Shown here one piece after another: positions 29,392-40,477 of a DNA stretch of 64,000 nt (position 1 is its first letter; each line of letters begins with the position of its first letter). A program made the position numbers and the translations under genes. Source of the DNA: an uncultured delta proteobacterium (GTDB taxonomy: Bacteria; Myxococcota_A; Polyangia; Polyangiales; Polyangiaceae); the NCBI GenBank assembly GCA_963696385.1, contig CAVOKF010000006.1:1-64000 (forward strand), in the 5' to 3' direction. The notes beneath the pieces are model-generated. The model had not been told where the DNA came from and searched no databases. It saw only the letters and a list, made by a program, of their open reading frames with translations.

Positions 29392-30132
29392 TTCGGCCTC
29401 CTCGACCAGCAACACGCGCGAGGTCGTCCAAAGGTTACAGGCCCGATCGCGCCGCCGCCGCTCCCCATCCCGGCCAACATCCCTCCGAAGATCGGGGGGC
29501 GATGGGGGTGCCGCTTGGTCCTGGGCGACCGCACGCTCCCCCTTGCGACCGGAGCCACGCGGGTCATTATGGGCGAGAAAGGTCAACGCAAGGGGCGATC
29601 CAATCGCGGGACGTGTCGTGTGTGCGGCACGCGCTGTGCGTTCCAGGGCAAGCGATGAGGGGGTTCTTGCATCGTGGATGGAGAGCTTCGGCATCTGTCG
29701 CCGTAGGACTCGGCACCGGTATCGTCGGGGAGCCTCTCCGACACGAAACGGAGACCGCCGGTCGCGCAGAGCTAGTTCGCGGTGTGGGGCGCCGAGCACT
29801 GTGAACATCTCCGATCCGGAGGGCCGGGGAGCCGGCAAATCGTGCGCGCACCTGCATCGATCCGTACGAGTTCCCCGACGCGGCTTGGAATACCCGGTTG
29901 TGTACGTCACGGCGCGCGATGCTGTGCCTCTTTTCACGGCGCGCGATGCTGTGCTTCTTTGCGAAGCGGTCGGCAGGCGCATCGGCGACGCGCACGAGTG
30001 GGAAGGCGCCTGGGCCGGAGCCGTTCGGGAGCCCGACCGCGAATACGCGTGGGGACAGTCCCGGGCGGAAATGCTCCCGCGCTTCGTGATCGTGCATGAA
30101 CTCGCACCCTTGCGGGCGGCCGGCTTCGACCG

Positions 30133-31080
30133 ATGACGGCGGCACTGATCCTTGTCGGCGCCGCGATCGGCTCGATCATCGTGCTGCCGGTGGCCCACTG
30201 GGCCGTCTGGTTGCTCGTACCGCCGCTGTCGCCCCGTTCGCTCGCCAAGACCGGGCACTTCGTCGCCGTTCGCGGCATGGATGCCTACTACGAACGGCAC
30301 GGCTCCGGTTCACCGCTCGTGCTCATTGCTCCCGGTGGCAGCCACACGAGCACCTGGCGGTTCAACGTCGGCGCCCTGAGCCTCTCACACGAGGTCTGGA
30401 CGCTCGACCTGCCCGGCTCCGGCTACTCCGACAAGCTCGCCACCTTTGCGTACACGCACAGGAGCTACGCGGAGTTCGTGCGGGACTTCATGACGGCCGT
30501 GGGGATCCCGAAGGCGGTGGTCGCCGGGCAGTCGCTCGGTGGTACCGTCGCGCTCGAGTTCGCGCTCGACTTCCCCGAGCGAACCGCAGGCCTCGTACTC
30601 ATCGACGCCGGCGGCTATCCCCATCGCGGGACGCCAGGAGTGCCCCGTTCGATGGGCTATCGGACGATGAACGCGATCCTGATGTCGTTCTCGTCGTACC
30701 CGAAGGTCGTCCAATCCTTCTTCTCGTATCTCTATCGCGATCCGACGCCCTTCGCGCGCGACTCGGCACACGTTGCCGAGATCTGCGCCATCAACCGGAC
30801 ACCGAACGCCCGAAAGGCTTGGTACTGGATGCAGCGGGCGCTGCACTTCGATTTTGCCCTCCCAGACGTGAGCCGCATCAAGTCGGTGGCGGTCCCGACG
30901 CTGATCCTCTGGGGACGCGACGACCGCGTCGTGGATGTCCGGACCGCAACCCGATTCCAGCAAGACATCGCGGGGTCGCAGCTCGTCGTCATCGACCACG
31001 CCGGCCACTCGGTTCACGAGGAAAAGCCCGAGGAGGTGAACCGGGCGATTGCCTCGTTTCTGCACGCCATCCGGTGGTGA
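30133..31080 (+). CDS. Alpha/beta hydrolase
   Basis: DLPGSGYS, GQSLGG, WGRDD, AGHSVHEEKP. Confidence 0.9.
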   Translation: MTAALILVGAAIGSIIVLPVAHWAVWLLVPPLSPRSLAKTGHFVAVRGMDAYYERHGSGSPLVLIAPGGSHTSTWRFNVGALSLSHEVWTLDLPGSGYSDKLATFAYTHRSYAEFVRDFMTAVGIPKAVVAGQSLGGTVALEFALDFPERTAGLVLIDAGGYPHRGTPGVPRSMGYRTMNAILMSFSSYPKVVQSFFSYLYRDPTPFARDSAHVAEICAINRTPNARKAWYWMQRALHFDFALPDVSRIKSVAVPTLILWGRDDRVVDVRTATRFQQDIAGSQLVVIDHAGHSVHEEKPEEVNRAIASFLHAIRW

Positions 31081-31305
31081 GCCTGCGCCAGGCTGGGCTT
31101 TGCGGTGCGCTGTCCGATGCGATTCCGAGAAATGTTCCGCCGAACCAAGGTGCGGTCGCCGGCGAGCCACGCCTTGTCCGCCCCGATCGATGCTCGGCTC
31201 GGCAAGGCGGTTGGAAGCGCACGCGTTGCGCAAGCTCCCTCGCGAAAGGGGGGACTTCGTCATGGCATCCAGCGACCCTGAGCACACGGAGCACAGCGGC
31301 TACCG

Positions 31306-31684
31306 ATGAATCCTGCCACCGTAGCTGGGCGCGGCGCGGCGCGGCGGTTGCGGTCCCGATCGTCTTGGGCCTGGGGCCCATCGCGGCGAGCTTCACGGCG
31401 TGCCCGCTGCCCGCGCCGCCGGCGTACGAGGGATCCCTTCCGCCCGCGGCGCCGCCGTCCTCGATGCGCGTTTACGCCATCCCGACGGGCGTGACCAAGC
31501 GAAGCGCCGGCTTTGGCTACCGGGGAGGATCCCTATTCGACGCGCGCGACTTCGCGATGACCGCGGTGCTCGTGCGACACCCGAAGGGCGACCTCTTGAT
31601 CGACACGGGGCTCGGACGCGACATCGACGCGCGGGTCGGCGCGATGCCGTGGTGGTTTCGCGCGGTCACCCGCTACGTGCGCGG
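31306..31684 (+). pseudogene. MBL-fold hydrolase, 3'-truncated by R
   Basis: AVLVRHPKGDLLIDTG. The frame breaks exactly at GCGAGTAG. Start uncertain. Confidence 0.7.
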
Positions 31685-31789
31685 GCGAGTAGTTAGCCCA
31701 GTGCGACGGTCGACGAAGAGCCCGCGGAGGCGGGCGCGGAAACATATCGCGTCTTAGGGGCGTTCGTTATCGCTGAATCGGCGATTTGG
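31685..31789 (+). repeat. R repeat, 105-bp variant
   Basis: Aligns to 4037-4147 with small deletions at both insertion points. Confidence 0.95.
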
Positions 31790-32055
31790 CGCGCTACCAC
31801 GCCGTGGGCGAGGAAGGCGTGCAACTGCGCGCGATCGCGGACGTTCTCGGGAAGGGACTGCGAATGCCCGTTCGCTCGGTCACGCCCGACGACGCGCCCA
31901 GCTACTTCGGGTGGATGGCCGCGCTCGCAGGCGAAGACATCCGCTCGGCGAGCGAGCAGACGCGCGCTGGGCTGGCAACCGATCGCACCGGGATTGATCG
32001 CCGACCTCGAGAAGCTCGAGTGGGTGTGAAACGATCCACGCGGAGGCTCCGATGA
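31790..32055 (+). pseudogene. C-terminal fragment of an SDR/NAD-dependent epimerase
   Basis: RYHAVGEEGVQLRAIADVLG...YFGWMA. Begins at the R right tip. Confidence 0.7.
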
Positions 32056-32756
32056 GGACCATGTTGATCTACGGGGCCACGGGCAAGGCCGGACGCCTCG
32101 CGATGGATGGCGCGCTTGAGCGGGGCTGGGCCGTCACGGCGTTCGTGCGCAATCCCGACAAGGTACCGGAGGCGCTGCGTGCGAAGGTGACGGTGATCAA
32201 GGGAGATCTCTGCGACGCGGCAGCCGTGTCGGCGGCCGTTCGCTCGTCGCGGCCCGACGCGATCGTGGACGCATCGAGCGCGCTCCCGTTCGGTCACGCC
32301 AAGGGCCAGCCGGCCAACAACGCGGACCGTTCGATCTTCACGAAGGCAACGGTGGAGGCGCTCGAGGCCGAGGGGCGGTTGGCCGATTGCGTGATGGTCA
32401 TCGTCGGCGGCCAGCTCCTGCCCGAGCCTGGGGGCACGATCGAAAGGTGGTCGCTGGCGGCGCTGGCGTGGGTGATTCGGAACACCGCCGCGAGGAAGGC
32501 CTGGGCCGAGGCCGAGGCTTGGGTCCGTTGGTGCTTCGAAGGAGCGCCGACCACGTTCCGATTCATCTACGCACGCCTCGGCCAGATGGTGGAGCAGCCG
32601 TCCCGCGGCGCGCTACGTGCGGAGCCGACTCGGAACAATATCCAGCACGGAAGCGTGTCCTACTGCGACGTCGCGGACGTACTGGTGCGGCTGGCATCTG
32701 ACCAGGAACGCATCTGGGAGCGTAAGGCGGTCTTCTTCAATTACGCCACGACGTGA
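32052..32756 (+). CDS. NAD(P)H-binding oxidoreductase (BVR-B-like)
   Basis: IYGATGKAG, VTAFVRNPDK. Confidence 0.85.
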   Translation: MRTMLIYGATGKAGRLAMDGALERGWAVTAFVRNPDKVPEALRAKVTVIKGDLCDAAAVSAAVRSSRPDAIVDASSALPFGHAKGQPANNADRSIFTKATVEALEAEGRLADCVMVIVGGQLLPEPGGTIERWSLAALAWVIRNTAARKAWAEAEAWVRWCFEGAPTTFRFIYARLGQMVEQPSRGALRAEPTRNNIQHGSVSYCDVADVLVRLASDQERIWERKAVFFNYATT

Positions 32757-33063
32757 CGAAGTCATCGGTCGTCCGCTCGGCCACCGTTCCGAGCCGTGCC
32801 ACCCGAGACGTTCGGGCTTCTTGGAACCTCTTCGCACTCGACCAGCCGTCGTCCAGCCTCGGTGCGCCAAGGTCGACCTGCTCCACGCCTACGGCGACCC
32901 TCTCGTCGGCGAGGCCTCCTAGTTTAGGAGAGAATTTGTCCAGCCAGCAAACAGGTCGACCCATTTGAGACGCGAAGCGGGCCAGTTCACAACCCGATTT
33001 TGCGGTGACCTGCGGGCCTTCTTGGTCGCTGCGCCCCTAGCCGCCTGCGGACCCGTCGCAGCC

Positions 33064-35532
33064 TCAATTTGCCATGTACCGAGCGTACGGTCGCTCGGGC
33101 GTGGGCGGAGTCACGCCTGCCACCCAGGCGGGACTGCCCTGCGTTACGATGGTGACGCTCGCGCCCATGAGTCCGGGAGACGTCGCGTTGATGACCGTCG
33201 TGCCCGCGTAATAACTGCGAAACTCGATGGCCGCCTGCCCGTCGAGAATCTGAATGTCCGATTGCGGGCTGCTCGACGGCGGAGTGAACGTGATGCTGGG
33301 CCCCGTCGGAAACTCGCCCGGGCCCGATTCGACGGTTAGGGTGACGCTCACGTTGTTGCTGATGGGGGCTCCGGTGGAATCCAGAACCGTAACGACCAAC
33401 TGCGCGTCGTCCGTGCCGTCGGCGGCGGCGAGCGCGGACTTGTCGGCCGTGAGCTGCAACGCGGCCGGCGTACCGTTGACCGGCCACGTCGGCGGCGGAA
33501 TGTTCGCATAGGCGTTGCGATACCAGTACCAGGCGCGCTTCGGCAGTCGAAAGTAATCGATGATTCCGGTCTCCGAATTGACGGTGCCATAGGGCGTTCC
33601 GTAGTCGAACGCGGCCCACCGCGCCTGCCCGCTGCGCCACGCGAATTCTGTCGGAAAGCCGTTCGTCAACTGCGAACTTAGGTTACCCCAGCCGGGATCG
33701 TACGCTCCCGGTCGAGTCGCGACGACGCTGCCGTATTCCGTTACGAGGTTGGCGATGCCCGGGTTTTGAAACATGGCAATCACGGCGCCGTCGCCGTTGT
33801 ATCCGGCGATGTCTCCGAGCAAGTCGATACGCGTCGTGGCGCCCTCCGGCCGCTGGGCGCCTCCGATGCCGGCAGGTCGTGTCGGATCGAGCTGGTGTGC
33901 CAGCGCGACCTCTTTCGACAGCAACGCTCTCATGAGCGGGATGGTCGCCGAAGCCGTCGCAAAGACTTCGTTGCACATGCTCCACGCGACGATGCTCGGA
34001 TGGTTTCGATGAACGCGGATCATGTCGGTGAGGCTATTGAGCACGCTCGTTTCGAAGGGTGCCTGATCGGCGGTGTTGTTGGGGTAGGCACCGGCCGTCA
34101 TCCAGGTCCCCTCCCCCGTTCCAGCCCCCGCACCCCAGAAATTGTTCTCCGACCAGAACAAAACGCCGAGCTCGTCGCAGGCGTCTCCGAACGCAGGGTC
34201 TTTCGGGTAGTGCGAGCCTCGGATGAAGTTGAATCCCGCGCTTTTGACCATCGTCACGTCGCGGACCAGACCGGCATTCGTCACGCCGTCCACCCACCCG
34301 GCGTGGTCCTGATGCACGTCCGCGCCGTGAATGTAGTAGTGCGAACCGTTCAGCGTGAAGCCGGTGCTGGCGCTCCAGCTGAACCATCGAAAGCCGAAAT
34401 TCGTGGTGTAATTGTCTACGGGCGTCGCCCCGTCCGAGACGGTGCTGACGGCCTGGTAGAGCGTCGGGTGGTCGGGATGCCAGAGCGCCGGATTGGCGAT
34501 CGTCGGTGTGGTCTGACTGAACGTGACGGTCGTGTTGGCCGCAACCATTTGGGTCGAGGTCACGCTCGTCACCATCGTTCCGGTCGCGTCGACGACGTCG
34601 GTCTGGACGGTGCAGCTTTTGGCGACCGAGTTGGCGTTTTGGACTTCGGTCTGGATATTGACCGTGGCCGACGTCGCCGACACGGTCGGCGTTGTCACGA
34701 ACGTGCCGTACCAGGTCACGTGCAGCGGATCGGTCACGACGAGGTGGACGTCACGGTAGAGGCCCCCACTGAATTCGTGGTCCCCCGCCCGCGGCGCCAG
34801 TTCGGCATTCCAGTTGTTGTTCAACCTCACGGCGACCACGTTGTCGCCCACCATCGCGGCGCTAGTGATGTCGTAGGAAAACCCGGTGTACCCGCCGAGA
34901 TGTTCGCCAATGAGCTGGCCGTTGACGTAAATTTCCGCGTCTTGAAACGCTCCCTCGAACTCGAGAGATAGGCTCTTGCCCGACCACTCCACCGGCATGG
35001 TGAAGTGCTTCCGATACCACCCGTAGCCAACGTAGAACTGCGTCCACATGAAGTAGGGCAGACTGAACGAGTGCGGCAAGTTGACGGGGTTCCAGGCGGT
35101 ATCGTCATACGTGCTCGCCTGTGCGCCCGCGTAGTCGCCGAGCTGAAACGTCCAGCTCTGATTGAGGTTTATGGTCTGTCGAAGGGTCGACGCCGTGGAG
35201 GCCGCGTCCGAACCCCCCGCGGTGGCGTCCGCACCCGCCGCGCTGTCGGCCGCCGCTCCGTCGGTGGCGGCCGCACCCGCCGCGCCGTCGGCTGCCACGG
35301 CTGCGTCGGTGGCGTCCGCACTCGCATCGAGACCACCCGCGCCGCTGGAACCGCCATCATGGTTCTGGGCACCGCCTTCGCCTCCTCCGGGACCGACCCC
35401 GTCGCCGTTGCCGGAATCGGCCGGTCCGGACAAGGCACCCGACCTGGCCATGGAGCTTGAGCCGCAGGCGGACGAGAACGCCCCGTTCAAGAGGGCAAGC
35501 ACCGTAAGAGCAACAACTTTCGCCTTATTCAA
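33064..35532 (-). CDS. GH2 glycoside hydrolase (beta-galactosidase-like), probable lipoprotein
   Basis: GYGWYRKHF, GGLYRDV, FGFRW, FIRGSHYP, RNHPSIVAWSMCNE, TEYG. Confidence 0.92.
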   Translation of the reverse strand: MNKAKVVALTVLALLNGAFSSACGSSSMARSGALSGPADSGNGDGVGPGGGEGGAQNHDGGSSGAGGLDASADATDAAVAADGAAGAAATDGAAADSAAGADATAGGSDAASTASTLRQTINLNQSWTFQLGDYAGAQASTYDDTAWNPVNLPHSFSLPYFMWTQFYVGYGWYRKHFTMPVEWSGKSLSLEFEGAFQDAEIYVNGQLIGEHLGGYTGFSYDITSAAMVGDNVVAVRLNNNWNAELAPRAGDHEFSGGLYRDVHLVVTDPLHVTWYGTFVTTPTVSATSATVNIQTEVQNANSVAKSCTVQTDVVDATGTMVTSVTSTQMVAANTTVTFSQTTPTIANPALWHPDHPTLYQAVSTVSDGATPVDNYTTNFGFRWFSWSASTGFTLNGSHYYIHGADVHQDHAGWVDGVTNAGLVRDVTMVKSAGFNFIRGSHYPKDPAFGDACDELGVLFWSENNFWGAGAGTGEGTWMTAGAYPNNTADQAPFETSVLNSLTDMIRVHRNHPSIVAWSMCNEVFATASATIPLMRALLSKEVALAHQLDPTRPAGIGGAQRPEGATTRIDLLGDIAGYNGDGAVIAMFQNPGIANLVTEYGSVVATRPGAYDPGWGNLSSQLTNGFPTEFAWRSGQARWAAFDYGTPYGTVNSETGIIDYFRLPKRAWYWYRNAYANIPPPTWPVNGTPAALQLTADKSALAAADGTDDAQLVVTVLDSTGAPISNNVSVTLTVESGPGEFPTGPSITFTPPSSSPQSDIQILDGQAAIEFRSYYAGTTVINATSPGLMGASVTIVTQGSPAWVAGVTPPTPERPYARYMAN

Positions 35533-35906
35533 TTCGCCTCTTCGGCTCCACGCGATCGCGCGGAGGGGTGCTCATCGTTGGCCATGACCCAAGTTTGTCG
35601 GCGCCTTCGGTTAGTGGCCGAGGGGCGACCGCCTCGTGAAACGAAGTGCGCGAGACCGAACGACGACTCAGGCGCCTCGAGCGCACGCCTGCGAGACGAC
35701 CTCCCAGGCGAAAGAGAGCAATTGCCGCCTGATTGGATAGTTATGCGGCGAGCGGATCTATGAGCGAGCAGTGAGGAGGTCGCGGAAACGGGTTCGCGCG
35801 ACGAGGCGGCGCCGGCGTTAGGCTTCTCGCGAGAGAGCGCCACGCCGGAATGTCCCGCGCTCCTCGCCGTCACCCCCGAGCCCGGTGTGCCCCGCTGAGA
35901 GCTTGT

Positions 35907-37439
35907 TCACGCCACGCCACGCCACCGCCTCCGCCACACGGCAAACGCTACGCCCATCACGAGTGCCCCGAACGCGCCGTTCGCGCCACCGCCTTCGCTC
36001 GTTCGGCACGCACAGCCCCTCGCATTCGAGCTCGCGCTGGGAGGTGTGACCCCCCCGTCGTCGCTCGAGAGGGCGCCTCCCGCGCCATCTGCGCCACCCT
36101 GCGGTCCGCCACCCTGTGAGCCTCCGCCCTGAGCGTCGGCCGTTGCAAGCGCGCCGACTTCGTCGGACAAAGCAGCGTCGACGATGGGGCCACCCGCGGC
36201 CGTGGCATCCACGCGCTCGGACGCGTCGGCAAGCCCGCTGGAGCCGGTCGAAGCGCCTGCGTCGGCGGCGCTCGATTCCGCTTGGGAGGCGTGCGAGCTC
36301 CCGCCGCCCGAGTCGGTGCCGTTGCCCGAGTAATAGCTTGCGTCGATGCTGCCGCCGTCGTCCGGCTCGAGAGGGCAACCTGCGCTTCCGGGGCCTGGGT
36401 CGTCGCGATCGAGGGACACTCCGTCGAACGGAACGACGATGACCTTGCTGCCATGGTTGTCGTTCGCGAGATCCAGCGTCTTGTCCACGTCGACGACCGC
36501 CAGACTGAAGGCGACGACGTGGCCCCCTTGCAAGAACACACCGGGTCTCTCCGCCTTGTACCAGTTGTTGACCGTTCCGTCCGTGTAGCGCACGAAATCG
36601 GTGGTCGGATCGTAGGCCAATCCCTTGTTGGTCCAGTTGTGAATGCCATCGGGCGACGTGAAATGATACGCCTTGCGGGCGTTGTACATGTTCGCGACCA
36701 GGTGGTACTGCCCGCCGCTGCACCAGACCACCGGGTCTTCGTAACCCTCGGATTGAAGATCCGGAATGGTCGTCTGGATCACATACGGGCCGAGGATGTT
36801 CTCGCTGCTCACCATCACCTGAAAGTTCCTTGAGATGATGAGGAAGCTGCCCTGAGCGCTCTGCCAGATCGTTTGGTTCTCCGTGGTCTGCGTCGCGATG
36901 GGGAACCCGTTGGCCGTGATGGAGATGACACCCTGCGACGTCCACGGACCATCGAGCGAGGTCGCCCTATAGATGTTGCCGGGGCTATCCATGAGGGCAA
37001 AGCTCCCATCGTTGAGAACGATGCCCGTCACGTTCTGTTCCTTGCCGGTGAAAGGACTACTGGTGCTTGGGATGTACGATCCGATGACCGTGTCGTTGCT
37101 GATGCCTTCGACGAGGACGGACTGAGGCCAGTCGGCAAAGCCTTTGTCCTGAGGCCAGCGCCCGGCATAAATGTGGAATTTCCCGTCCGTATTTTCCAAG
37201 ATCTTCCCGTCCCAGTACTGCCACGTCATGTTGGTCGAGTCTTCGAGGCCGTTGCAGACGTCCCGCGGAAGAACGGAAGCCGCGCCCCATGTGTTCGAGG
37301 TCAGCGGACAGATGATCGGCGTCGGCAAAAAGTAATCGATCAGCGTTTTCGTCCCGGCGTCCGGCGCTGCCTGCGCGCGGGCCGGCGACCCGGCTGCCGT
37401 GAGGAGTGCAACGAGGGCCGATTGGATCGAGCGAACCAC
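35907..37439 (-). CDS. Secreted beta-propeller glycoside hydrolase (GH43-like) with MYXO-CTERM-like tail
   Basis: Signal peptide, WDGKI, YEDPVVW, KAERP; C-terminal GCAC + TM + RRR. Confidence 0.75.
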   Translation of the reverse strand: MVRSIQSALVALLTAAGSPARAQAAPDAGTKTLIDYFLPTPIICPLTSNTWGAASVLPRDVCNGLEDSTNMTWQYWDGKILENTDGKFHIYAGRWPQDKGFADWPQSVLVEGISNDTVIGSYIPSTSSPFTGKEQNVTGIVLNDGSFALMDSPGNIYRATSLDGPWTSQGVISITANGFPIATQTTENQTIWQSAQGSFLIISRNFQVMVSSENILGPYVIQTTIPDLQSEGYEDPVVWCSGGQYHLVANMYNARKAYHFTSPDGIHNWTNKGLAYDPTTDFVRYTDGTVNNWYKAERPGVFLQGGHVVAFSLAVVDVDKTLDLANDNHGSKVIVVPFDGVSLDRDDPGPGSAGCPLEPDDGGSIDASYYSGNGTDSGGGSSHASQAESSAADAGASTGSSGLADASERVDATAAGGPIVDAALSDEVGALATADAQGGGSQGGGPQGGADGAGGALSSDDGGVTPPSASSNARGCACRTSEGGGANGAFGALVMGVAFAVWRRRWRGVA

Positions 37440-37864
37440 GGTTCGCGTTTTTACGCCCGGCGTCGCGCGATGGCGTCGGTCAGCGCGCCGCGTCGGGTGG
37501 CCGCCAGGCGGGAAAGGCTGAGCCGCGCGGTCGTTGGCAACGCCGCGCGCGCGGGGGAGAGCTTCGGAAGGATGCATCCTGCTCGCTAAGTGGCCGGCGA
37601 TCGAACGTTTCGTGATCAAAACGGCGGGCGCGTGCGTTCTCCCCGAGCCGCCGCAGGACGGGAAGTAGTCCCGTGCCAGCCGACACAGTGTTGTTGCCGC
37701 CGACACGGTGCCCCGAGGTGTGCCTCGCATCGCCAGCTCGCACGCTGCGGTAGTCTTTTCAGCCGAACGGCTTCCTGTCAGCTACTGATGGCGTGAATGT
37801 TCGCGGCTCGCGAACCATCCTTCTCGGAGCCATCTGTCTATGGATCTTTTGAAAACGCGGCCTA

Positions 37865-38946
37865 GTACCTCGAATCCATTGACGCGACCGGGTTTGCTTT
37901 CCATGGCGACGAGGGCGTGCTCCATGGTGGGCCATGAAAAAGCGCTACGTAGTGAATCTGACGGTGGACGAGCGGGCGGCGCTGACGCAGCTCGTGAAGC
38001 GTGAGCGCGTCTCGGGCCTGAAAAGGCTTCGCGCAAGCATTTTGCTGAAAGCCGACGAAGGGCTGACCGATCAGGAAATCGCGGACGACTTGGAGGCCGG
38101 GCTCGTCACGGTGGAGCGCGTGCGCAAGCGCTGCTGCGAGCGCGGCGTCGAAGCGTGCCTGGAGCGCAAGCCCCAAGACACCCCGTCGCGGCCGCGAAAG
38201 CTCGACGGGGCCTCGGAGGCGCGGCTGGTTCAGATCGCTTGCAGTGAGCCGCCCGCAGGGCGGGCACGGTGGACCATCTCGCTTCTCGCGGACCGACTCG
38301 TCGAGCTGAAGGTGTTCGACTCCGTCAGCCCGAGCACGGTCCATCGACCCTATGATCCGGACCGGCCGCAGGTCTGTCTCGACGAGACCAGCAAGCAGTT
38401 GCTCGAGCACACCCGCCAGCCCGTTCCTGCGAGCCCCGGCACACCGGCCCGCGTCGATGACGAATACAAGCGGTGCGGCACAGCCAACATCTTCGCTGCC
38501 GTGGAACCGTTGACCGGGCAATCCGTCGTCGAAGTGACCGAGCGACGCACGGCCGTCGACATGGCGCATTTCTTAGCCCGCCTGTCCGACGAGACCTACG
38601 CAACCGCGACCGTCATCGTCTTGGTCATGGACAACCTCAACATCCACGATCTTTCGTGCCTGTACGAAGCATTCGCGCCCAAAGAGGCTCGTCGTCTGGT
38701 CGAGAGGTTCGAGGTTCACCACACCCCCAAGCACGGCAGTTGGCTCAACGTCGCCGAAATCTTCCTCTCGACCCTATCGATACAGTGTCTCGACCAGCGC
38801 GTCGGCAGCATCGGCGCGCTCCACACGATCGTCTCCGCGTGGCAGGCTTCGCGACCCGACCGCAAGGTCAACTGGCGCTTCACCACGGCGGACGCACGCA
38901 TCAAGCTGCGCCGCCTCTACCCTTCCATTCCGTAGAACCGGGGTAC
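37865..38946 (+). mobile_element. IS630-family element
   Basis: Both ends in CTAG context (TA duplication), IR GTACC(T/C)CG. Confidence 0.92.
37934..38935 (+). CDS. IS630 transposase, probably internally deleted
   Basis: HTH, CLDETSKQL, VMDNLNIH, TPKHGSWLNVAE, KLRRLYP. Confidence 0.9.
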   Translation: MKKRYVVNLTVDERAALTQLVKRERVSGLKRLRASILLKADEGLTDQEIADDLEAGLVTVERVRKRCCERGVEACLERKPQDTPSRPRKLDGASEARLVQIACSEPPAGRARWTISLLADRLVELKVFDSVSPSTVHRPYDPDRPQVCLDETSKQLLEHTRQPVPASPGTPARVDDEYKRCGTANIFAAVEPLTGQSVVEVTERRTAVDMAHFLARLSDETYATATVIVLVMDNLNIHDLSCLYEAFAPKEARRLVERFEVHHTPKHGSWLNVAEIFLSTLSIQCLDQRVGSIGALHTIVSAWQASRPDRKVNWRFTTADARIKLRRLYPSIP

Positions 38947-39024
38947 TAGCTCATTTCGGGGCCCTATTCCGCAGCCCGCGCGCTCGCTGTCTCCGCTTCC
39001 CAGCCCGGGTCGCCCACGCAAGAC

Positions 39025-39040
39025 GCGAGTAGTAAGCCCA
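39025..39040 (+). repeat. R left tip serving as 5' exon of the second intron A copy
   Basis: GCGAGTAGTAAGCCCA, identical to 18170-18185, with unrelated sequence further upstream. Confidence 0.9.
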
Positions 39041-40460
39041 GTGCGACCAGGCAAGGCTGGTCTGAAAGGAATGAGATGCGATGAGCTCATAAAATTCAGA
39101 GAGTCGTCCAGCGGGTGCGAACCCCGCCCGGCGAAGGGCCGAGCCCGTCCAGCCGGAAGCGAGGCTTGCGCCGGCCGCCGCAAGGCGTTCGGCGATGCGT
39201 AGTCACGCAAGTGAGTGGGCCGTGGGGAATGCAGCCACGAAAACTACATCAGTCCGGATGCCGAGCGCTTTGGGCGGCGCGAAGGCGACGGCGGCTGCTG
39301 CGCAGCAGGGCGAGCAGGAGCCGCATCCGGCGGGGTCTACGACCACGGCACGCCACAAGAGGACGAACCAGACACCTGGGAGGCCCTCGCTTTTCCTCGG
39401 TGAAATCCCGGAGCCACGGAGAGCCGGTCACCCGTCTCCGACGCGCCGAGCGCACGCGGATGCGCGCACGGCCGGCCGAGCGCCTCCCCGTGAGGGGCTC
39501 CGCGCAGAACAAGCATTCGCGCCGAGGTAGGCCGCTGGCGAGGGGAGACCGGAGCCACGGCCGAAGGGAGCGGGGGAGTCGGAGGGCCGCATACGAGCGT
39601 GGACGTCGGGGAACGGATTGGCACCCGGACCCGGCCGAGCAAAGGCGGCCCGTGCTGAGTTGAACTTCAGGAGGGAACCATGCCCGACGCATCGACGTTG
39701 GAAGACATGTCACCGAAACTATTGAAGGTAGTGGAGCGAGCGAAAAGGGAGCCCGAAGGACGGTTCCACTCGCTGGCACATCTTATCGATGTGCCCGCCT
39801 TGATGCGAGCCGACAAGCGCATGCGCAACGATGCGGCGGTCGGCGTGGATGGGGTCACGAAGGAGCAGTACGGGCAGGCCCTGGAAGAAAATCTCCGAAG
39901 CCTGCACGAGCGGTTGGTGGCGAAGCAGTATCGCCATCAGCCAATCCGGCGTGTTCACATCCCAAAGGAAAGGGGCAAGACACGGCCGATTGGGATTTCT
40001 GCGTACGAGGACAAGTTGGTCCAGGACGCCCTACGCGAAGTGCTGGAGGCGATATACGAGCAGGACTTTTTGGAATGCTCGTACGGCTTCCGGCCCGGTC
40101 GCGGTGCCCATGACGCCATTCGAGCCCTCGACCGTATTGCGCATCAGGGTAAGGTGAGCTGGATTTTGGAGGCCGACGTCGTGTCCTTCTTCGACAGCTT
40201 GGATCGCACCCAGCTGAAGGAGATGCTCCAAATTCGGGTGGCCGATGGGTCGCTGATGCGGCTGATTGGCAAGTGCTTGCACGTTGGGGTGCTCGACGGC
40301 TCGGAATACGCCGAGCCGGACACGGGCGCAGCGCAAGGGTCCGTGCTCTCGCCGATACTCGGCAACGTCTATCTCCACTACGTATTGGACCTGTGGTTCG
40401 AGCGCGATGTCAAGCCGCGTCTGCGCGGGGAAGCTCACCTCGTGCGTTATGCGGACGACT
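39041..40460 (+). mobile_element. Second copy of group II intron A, truncated just after YADD (RT fragment from 39680)
   Basis: Near-identical to 18186-19605; lacks domain X, V and VI. Confidence 0.95.
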
Positions 40461-40477
40461 GTGCGCCACGACGGCGC

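Noticed and set aside
29650..30136. Possible gene upstream of the hydrolase, containing a short tandem duplication
   Set aside because: No consistent frame or recognisable motif.
27487..30300. Long overlapping ORFs (507, 577 aa and the 5' extension of the 733-aa ORF) and similar ones at 13809 and 60788
   Set aside because: Shadow frames of real genes in high-GC DNA; Arg/Pro-rich with no motifs.
37840..37865. Possible IS5/IS1182-like end (CTTTTGAAAACGCGGCCTAG); similar hint at 32918-32945
   Set aside because: No partner IR or transposase in the window; too short to call.
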